Below are positions 12,222-20,590 of a DNA stretch of 64,000 bases, piece by piece. Source of the stretch: Schmidtea polychroa (taxonomy: Eukaryota); assembly GCA_044892525.1 (NCBI GenBank), contig CM097885.1:50408001-50472000 (forward strand). Reading direction: 5' to 3'. Below the pieces are notes generated by a model. The model ran no database searches, was not told the DNA's origin, and was given only the letters and a program-made list of their open reading frames with translations. Positions within the stretch are counted from its first letter, which is position 1, and each line of letters starts with the position of its first letter. A program made the position numbers and the translations under genes.

Positions 12222-15200
12222 TTTTCGTGACTGTGGAGAAAAATGAAAAATGAAAATAATTAAATCAACGGGAGTGTCACCATCTGACCACATTCATACT
12301 TTATTGATCATAGACAAAAATATGGGTTTACCAGTCAAGACAAGTTCTACTGCGCGATGGATCCTCCTACCCTTTGGGTCTTTAATCATAAGAAGATAAA
12401 TCGATCAAACCAGATTTCGCGCCAAGAAAAGAAGATATTACCATTAGTGAGAGAAATTCTAGGTCGATGAAAATGGTTATTTAGTTAATCCGCTTGAAGT
12501 CATTACTTCACGTTTACCGAGAATCGTGTTAAGTTGTTGGCTTCTTCCCCCCGTACGAGTGATTTTGATGGGTGTATCATATACTGGGGTCGAGTGACTA
12601 TCTATGAAAAAAGGGGGTCCATAATGCCCGTTGATCAGTTCCTACCGGCTAAACGGAAAGTTATTTAATTTTTTAATTATTTATTCATTCTCTCTAATTA
12701 CTCACATATGTGTTTTACCTGGTTTAAATAATATTCGATATTAATGCTAATGATAATTATGTCAAAAATTGAAATAATTTCTGTGCCATTCAGGCTAAGA
12801 TAATAAAGAGAGAATAATCATAATTATGATCGGGTTTGGCATTAAAAATTTTTGTCTTTACGATATCTGAGCACGGTATCAATGTGAGCTAGTAGCCGAC
12901 CATTCCTGCTAGGTAGATAAGGAAATGTCAGCCCGGTGGTTGACTATTAATCCGGAGCGGTGAAATCTGATAGCTGTCGGTAGTTTAATTAGTTAATAGA
13001 AATTCCATCTGGCATGTTCGATCTAATTTTACATGAGTAGATGCGTGTGTGACTTTGCCCACTGTACTTGGCTACTAGGTAAGTCTGCAACTGGTGACGC
13101 ATGCAAGGTGCGCTCTCGCACACTTAATTATGCTACAAATGTAGGTGTTAAATGTCTGCAAGATGGCATTTTCTCAGATTTTATCTACCGCGTAATCACT
13201 CGCAATTCTACTGCATATGATGATGATTTACTAATTCTCACCGGATTATTGGAAAAATTATAATTATCTGTATTGCCAATGTTGGATATAGCTTGCTCCA
13301 AGGGTGGATTTTTCGTCTTTAATTCCTCAAACACAGTTTATCGATCTACTCTCTAAGTGCTGGAGGATTTCTACCTATCCCTGCTGGGTTGCCAACCTCA
13401 TGAAATACTGGAATTTTATATTTTATTAACAAGATCATCGGCTAACTTGAAGAAATATATTTTTCTTGGCTCGAATTGGTTGCATTTTTCATTTTTAAAT
13501 TATTTGATGCCAATAGTTTATGTAATTATGATAATTAATTGTATGTAAATCCTTTTATATAAAATTCTAAAAATTTATGATAGCGAATCATTTTATGTAA
13601 TTTAAACTTTTATTTGGAACAAACTCGTTTTATGCAATTCTGAATAACTATTTGGACTAAATCATTTACATGGCTCTACCATTTATTTACAAGCCGTCAT
13701 TTCGAGCAATCCTAATACTTGTCTGAAGCAATCTACTTCGAACTCCCTTGCAACTATGTCTTTAAGAGAACTTTTAGATGAACGGAATAACAGTTCAGGA
13801 GGTCATAGGCTAAAAGTTGGTCGGAACAGATTCTGAGTGAAAAATATGAACCTCGAAGATATGTCACAGATAGCCTCACTAAGGTTTGAACAATTTTTGA
13901 CGCACAACTTACACTGATGATAGAGAAAATTTAGGCTTAGCAAAACCGATATTTGAAGACGATAGTGTGACACCCTCAATCACTGCGCGAATACATCAAA
14001 ATTCTCCGATTCCTTTATTACATATCTTTGTTTTCAATCACTACATGACTATCAATTTTCTGCCACCATTTACCTATAGATTTTAGTCACACCTTCAGCA
14101 ATTGGACCCGTGAAGAAGCCCTCACATTTCGGCCCAATCTAGCTGCGTGATTGAAATACCCTATGTCCACCGGTGGAGCTCCCGAAGGCACCTCACACCA
14201 TGACATAGAGTATCTCAACGCCACGTTTCTCGCAAATTTGAATAGTCTCCAATAATAATTCATAAAAATTAATTCATAAAAGATCAATAATTCTTAACGA
14301 GCAAATCATTTATTATCAAGCAAAGTATTAATTTAAATAAAGCATTCTAAAATCAAACGAAAAGAAAAAACCATTTTTTAAATTAAAAATATTATTAAAC
14401 TATACGCATTACTTAAGAATTCGAAATAAGCAATCAAAAATCCTTACCGAATGATTGATACAAGTATGGGCTGAGTCGGAAAGGGTACTATGTCGAATCG
14501 GTTAATGTTCGAATATCGTCTAGTTCTGTAAAAATCTCTTGAATCTTGGAATTGTCCTCGTGAGTTATCGTGCGTTAGTTGCTGGAGTTCTGTTCTGTCG
14601 TAGAATAGATTTACCTATTGAGGTGGTTTGATTAACAGTAAGTTTTAAATTTCACTTACCTATTGAGGTGGTTTGATTAACAGTAATTGTTATGTTTTTA
14701 ATGCCTGCTTATATATTAATTTTTTGTTTGCGCGGACCAATTAGAATTGAGTACCGCTTAATTTTATTAATTTAATTTATTTTCCTTGTTTTTGAGTTAT
14801 TTCTTCTTACTTTCTTTATTAAAATTATGTTTTTATTTATTTTCCTTAATTTTCTTATTATTTACTATATTTTACGTTGTTTTCCGTCATTCTATTGTCC
14901 TATTTTAATTTTTCTCATCTTTATATTTTTTGTTTTAATTCTTATTTTTCTAATTATTGTTTTTCTTATGTTTTATTCTATTTTATTTGTCAATTTACTT
15001 GTTTTTATTTTTTATTTTATTTTAGTTAAGTTTGCCCTAATTTCCCAACTACCCTTCGACTCAGCCCAACACTTAAATATTATGGGAAGCATGGATTAAC
15101 TTGAAAATAAGGGCCAATCCCTGCTCAAATTTTTCAAAGGATAATTTAGATATTGTAGGGAGTGTAGAACAATAATTATTAGCTGGAAAATAAGGGCGGA

Positions 15201-15300
15201 TCCCTGCACAAAATTTTGAAACGAAACAATAGAAAACATCTGGAAATGAAGACCATAACCGAATGAGATAGAAAAGTAAAAATAGAAAATGATCAATGAC

Positions 15301-15547
15301 GTAAGACCTTCTATCGGCCGTCTAGGACCCGAAGAGAAAATACAATGGGGAGTAGTTTTAGCAATAGAGCTCACCTGCTCATTGTTTTTTTCGCCTTTGT
15401 GTACAGTACCAACATGGTCGTCGCCATGGGTACACAAATGGTTTAAATTGCAATAGTCATGGAGGTGCTTAGGAAAGAGTCGAACGATTATGATTACCCC
15501 TAACGCATTTTAAATTGTAAAAAGGACACACTCCTAAGTAACCAACA
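15301..15547 (+). ncRNA. Putative conserved structured cis-RNA domain in LTR U5 (other copies 9104-9347 +, 10904-11173 -, 17977-18223 -, 30955-31201 -, 40756-40978 -, 54570-54817 -, partial 50449-50496 -)
   Basis: Three stems with compensatory changes across families and conserved unpaired bulges; details in findings. Confidence 0.7.
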
Positions 15548-16514
15548 CTGTTAAGCAAATAAAATTTCGTTTAAGCGGTTAGGGAACTACCCAGATGTGC
15601 ATTTCAGTTGGCTCCGCGAAAAATTAAAACATGGAAACGTTGACAACTGAGATGGCTACTATTTACCGATACATTTATCTTAAAATAAAATTTTCCTTTC
15701 TTCGAAGATTAATATTTAATTTAAGTTTGTTTATCTTTATCACTGAAGTGGGTCTAGAATCCATTCTCGTATTCATCTATTTAAGCACTAAGATGAAAAC
15801 CAACAGAAAATTAAAATTCAGTGTATACATTTACTCATTAAAATGAAAAAAAACTAACAGGAAATTAGAATTCTTTGTATTTATTTACTCCTTAAAATGA
15901 AAACTAACGGAAAATTAAAATTCTATTTATTTATTAAATCATTAAAACTGAAAAGTTATCAGTCAAGTTAAAATTTCATGTTATGGTAAGTTAATAAATA
16001 TTTAACTTATTTTGATCGTGTTTAAAATGATGGATTAAATGATCAGTGATTTATCACTCCAAGCGGTGATTTTAAATTTTATTTCCATACTTTAAATTAT
16101 AGACGTTTGTTATGACATTGCCGCTGAATTCGGCCACACTGATGTGACAAGTATTAGTGTCGAGCTCTATCTTTTTGCTCTCTCAGTTGTGGTAGTCATA
16201 AGCGGCACCATCTTCATTCCATTCGTTGACTAAGTAAGTTAATTTATTGCCTTAATTTTTAGAAATATTTTCATACACGAGATGGTGAAATTCATTCTCC
16301 TTTTGAAGTTTATTTTGAAAGTCAATTCTTATTTCTAGGTGATTTCTATGCGATTAACTGGTGGTTTAGTTCCCAGCGAAAGCTTACGGGATAGTTCATC
16401 GGCATTCCTGGTTTTCGAACCACCAATGGGGTTTTCAAACCACCATAATTAAATATAATGATAATATATAATAATATTTATTTATAATAGTTAAAAAAAT
16501 AAATACATTTTTAT

Positions 16515-17472
16515 TCAAATTATATAGCAATTATTATTCGATATTTGTATCCAAGCAATAAACACGTCCTTTCTGTGTAATTTACGGAAGCAATATTCAT
16601 CCAAATGAGATTGAAGAAGCTCTAATGTTGTATCTCTTCGAAGTTTTAAAATTAAGAGTTTGGCATGTCCCCATTCACATTCAATCCGTTGTGTATTTGC
16701 ACCAGTAAATGGATCAACGAAGTTTACCTCATGGATAACGACCTAATGTAAATACCCTTCTCGCGGCAAATCCCGATATGCCGCCCAGTTATCCAAAATA
16801 ATTGTCGTCCCCTCTTCCACATTTGCCTTAATAATTGGCATTAAAGTTTCATTTTTACGGTTTTTTACATAAAACAAACGAAGTTTGTTCGTATCCTCTT
16901 CGACCAACCCAAATATCCATGGACCATCAACACGATCACCATAGTTCCTGCATCTCAGGAATGTATCGGTTGAATGTTCAACGTCGAGGTCACCAAGTAA
17001 AAGACGGCCACGATGATATTTTCGTCGTCCACGGAATAAACTTTCATCAATTTGTACTCGTTTTCCCTGGCCTCCAAGTTTTACCCTTCCAACGCGAATG
17101 TAATTCGTCCAATTTACGATTGTTTTACCACATTTTATGTCTATATTTCGCATAATCTCTTCATGTGTCTTTTTTTCAAAATATTGATAGATCAATTTTA
17201 ATATGGTTCGACATGAAAGCTTTTGCGTTACTCCATTTAATTTTTCCGTTGCAAAAAATGTTTGTCGAAAGACTGAAATATCCTTTTTGCAGTTATTGCA
17301 CCGCCATATAAAAACTATCATCTCCGGGTTTCCTTTTTTTAAACCGAAGTGCCATCATTTTCATGCACGTAGGGCAAACTTTGTTCTCATTACTAAGCAC
17401 ACCCATTCCACGTAGAAACACAAATATGTTTTCATTGCTAGATAGCATTGAGTAAAAAGATTCTGGATCCAT
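16515..17472 (-). pseudogene. Merlin (IS1595/ISXO2-like) DDE transposase pseudogene
   Basis: CPTC...WRC zinc ribbon, VQIDESLF, WIFG, IILDNWAAY, NTQRIECEW. Frameshift near 17315 and premature TAG at 16743. Confidence 0.85.
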
Positions 17473-17603
17473 ACTTAATTTAAAAATACATTATAGCTGT
17501 TAAGACTTGATACTTACTATACTATTATATTATACTATTATATATTATAGCTGTTAAGACTTGATACTTACTATACTATTATATTATACTATTATATTAT
17601 ATA

Positions 17604-17951
17604 TTAGCATCTTTGCTTACGCAGAGGACCTAGTTCTAATGGACCCACACCATCATATGATACAAGAGATTTTAAACATGGTTGTTGAAAAAGCCAAACT
17701 GGCTAATCTGACGTTCAAACCCGAAAAATGCGGATATTATCGCAACAAAAAGAAGACTTAGGATTGCAGAACAAATCACGATCAACGGCCAAAATAAAAA
17801 ACATATTAATGAGGAAAACTTGTATACCTACCTAGGAGTAAGAGTTAGAGAAATTAAGAAATGTGATTTCGGAAAAATATTTAATGAAGTGGAAACAAGA
17901 ACAACAAATATCTGCAACTCCCTCCTAAGAGCCCACCAAACATAGAGGCCT
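17604..17951 (+). pseudogene. 5' part of a degenerate non-LTR retrotransposon (reverse transcriptase fragment)
   Basis: IFAYAEDLVL (AYADDL-like), FKPEKC and YTYLGV motifs. The reading continues after 32913 (IEAYSVFCHSK across the junction). Confidence 0.75.
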
Positions 17952-17976
17952 TTGAACGCGCTGTCATTCTTGTTAG

Positions 17977-19522
17977 TGTTGGTTACTTAGGGGTGTATCA
18001 TTTTTACATTTTAAAATGCGTTAGGGGTAATCATAATCGTTCGACTCTTTCCTAAGCACCTCCATGACTATTAAAATTTAAACCATTTGTGTACCCATGG
18101 TGACGACCATGTTGGTACTGTACACAAAGGCGAAAAAAACAATGAGCAGGTGAGCTCTATTACTAAAACTACTCCCCATTGTATTTTCTTTTCGGGTTCT
18201 AGACTGCCGATAGAAGGTCTTACGTCATTATTCACTGTGTATGCTATTTTTGAATCGTTGTTGGTCCTCAATTACGGGTATTTCTAATTGTTCTCTTATA
18301 AAATTTTGTGCAGGGATCCGCCCTTATTTTCCAGCTAAAAATTATTGTTCTACACTTCCTACAATATCTAAATTATCCTTTGAAAAATTTGAGCAGGGAT
18401 TGGCCCTTATTTTCAAGTTAATCCACGCTTCCCATAATATTTACGTTATACTTCAAAAAATTTGAGCAGGGATCTGCCTGTATTCTCAGTCCTAACCTAC
18501 ATTTGACCACAGTACTTCCAGCGATAGGACCCGTGAGGAAGCCCCCACATTCCGGCCCAATCCAGCTGCGCGATTGAAAAACCAGCATACCCACCAGTCT
18601 GAGCATCCCGAAGGTACCTCAAACCATGATATGCTGAATCTCAATTCAGCGGTACTAACGTTCGTAATCAGTTAGTATAAAAATTGAACACAATAAAAAT
18701 TATTATTTAATATCTGCAACTAAATGAAATTAAACAATTAAAAGAAAATAACAAAAGAAAATTTAACTAAAAATTTTATTGCATATTAAATTTAATCATC
18801 TCGTAAAATTACTACAACAATAAAAAATAAATTACCAAATCCCCGTGGGCATAAAATCGAAAACTGAGAGCTTCACTGGCTACAACTAAATTTTGATGTT
18901 AGAGAAAAAGTAGTCCCTTTAAATGAATTGGTGATCAGTATTTATACTGATTTTTCATGCATTTGCTGCCACTCTATCCAATCAGAGTGCGAGAAATTTT
19001 TAATTAGTCTTGCATACATGCATGAGTGTGTGCAATTGTTTATTTGTTTTAATTCAATAAATTTAATTAATTTCTTATTTAATTTTTATTAATTTTAATT
19101 TTATAAATTTTATAATTTAAATAATTTGAGTTATATTAATTTTTATTAATTTAAACATTTTTATTCTTTAAATTTAATAAGTTAAATAACCATTTAATTC
19201 TATAAACTTTACAATTTATATAATGCTAACCAATTTTATTATTTTTGACGATTTAATTTTTATATTGTTTAAATAATTTTCAACTAATTCTATTTTATAT
19301 TTTATTATTTTTCTATTTAAATTTTTAAGTGTTGAATTTTTTGTTAAATTTATTTATCTCTTATTCTATTATACGGGGTTTATTGGTTCTTAATGTGTGA
19401 TGTAATTTATTTCATTTATTTTAAATTAAACCTTGGTCATAAATTTTTCAACTTTGCGGTTTTTGTGTTAGGTATTTTCGATCGATTAAAACAAACTCTC
19501 AGTTCTCGGCTTCAGCCCAACA
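17977..19522 (-). repeat. 3' LTR of the family A element
   Basis: Direct repeat of 30955-32500. Confidence 0.95.
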
Positions 19523-20590
19523 AATCACTCCGGGACCCGTTAAAATTGCGTCCCGCAATTCTGTTAGACATATGAATTTCCCAGGTCATAGTCTATTACA
19601 TTCCCATTAACCTATAAACATACTGTAATAGTTTAAGACATGTTAGAATTCAATTAGCAGAAAAAGGTCTAAGCTCAAATTCAAGCAGTTGCCACATACA
19701 GTGACTGGTCATAATACACATACATACTGATACAGTGTCCAAACTCAAGTACGAGTCATATGCCAAAGTTTTATTTCTGGATAAATTCATCAGTTGGTTG
19801 TTTCTCTCGTTTCTGGGCTCGGTTTTCGATCTTTCGTCTGGGTTGTGTAGGCATGTTTGGTCCCTGCTGTTGATTTTCATAGTTAGCTCGTAATATTTAC
19901 TGAAGATCATAGGATTTTCTCTATCAGGGTTTGACTGTTGTTCCCTGATTCTCTTTGAATTTTTAGGCTGGGATTCCGGTTTTCTGGATCATTTGATGGT
20001 AGTTGACAGACCTTGCTCAAGGGTCTTCGGGACTTTTGTTTAACTGGGTGATTTGACACATAGATTTTTCTTTTGGTTTTTCTCGGTGGTTTTTGTTTAC
20101 GGTATTGCTCTTATTAAGGAATTTTCTTTCTCTAATGGGTAACTCAAATTATCTTCGATTTGCGTCTTAGTTAGCTTGATTTGACTAACTTTCCAATGTC
20201 ACTGGGGCTGTGACTTTCGTCTCATTTATCAGGATCTTTTACCGTTCTCCTTAGTTTTGGGTTCCAAATTAGATATTACTTTTCGATATTCGTTTAACTC
20301 ATTCTTTCTGGGTTTGTACTTTTATCTTTCTTCTGGATTTATATTCTTTCTTCTCATTTGAGCCTCTGTTCTCCTTTACCATTGTAAGGGTTCAAATTTA
20401 GTATTTTTCCAACTGATTACTTGATCCATTTCTATTTATACATCGATCTTTTGCCACATTATACATCAATTTATACCTATACATCTAGTACATTTAATTT
20501 GCTATTTATACATCAATTTTTACATATGTTCACTTCCTTTATATTATTTTCATCTACGCTTCCTCTTTAATTTCCGCCACATCCTTTGGA

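Larger units (their letters stand above)
10904..15071 (-). mobile_element. Giant (4168 bp) solo LTR of family C nested in the family A LTR; carries an internal ORF
   Basis: Minus strand runs TGTTGGGCTGAG...CCCGCAACA; 4-bp TSD CTTA (10900-10903, 15072-15075). CCAAT ~14737, TATATAAG ~14708-14715. Shares conserved R and U5 blocks with family A. Confidence 0.85.
9811..15547 (+). mobile_element. Solo LTR of family A (9811-10903 + 15072-15547), interrupted by a nested family C LTR
   Basis: TGTTGGGCTG...TAACCAACA ends, 4-bp TSD CTGT (9807-9810, 15548-15551), closely similar to the reverse complement of the 17977 and 30955 LTRs. ATTGG box ~10353, TATAAA ~10399. Confidence 0.92.

Noticed and set aside
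15405..15414. U5 bulge (GUACCAACA) as an HBV-epsilon-like template matching the LTR terminus (AACCAACA)
   Set aside because: The match fails in family C (bulge AGUUCCAACG vs end CCGCAACA), and a normal tRNA PBS exists.
18071..18606. Recurrent short ORFs in family A LTRs (MCTHGDDH..., MLRLVGML..., ...PTWSSPW...)
   Set aside because: They recur only because the LTR is repeated; indels between families break the frames, and the conservation fits RNA structure rather than protein.
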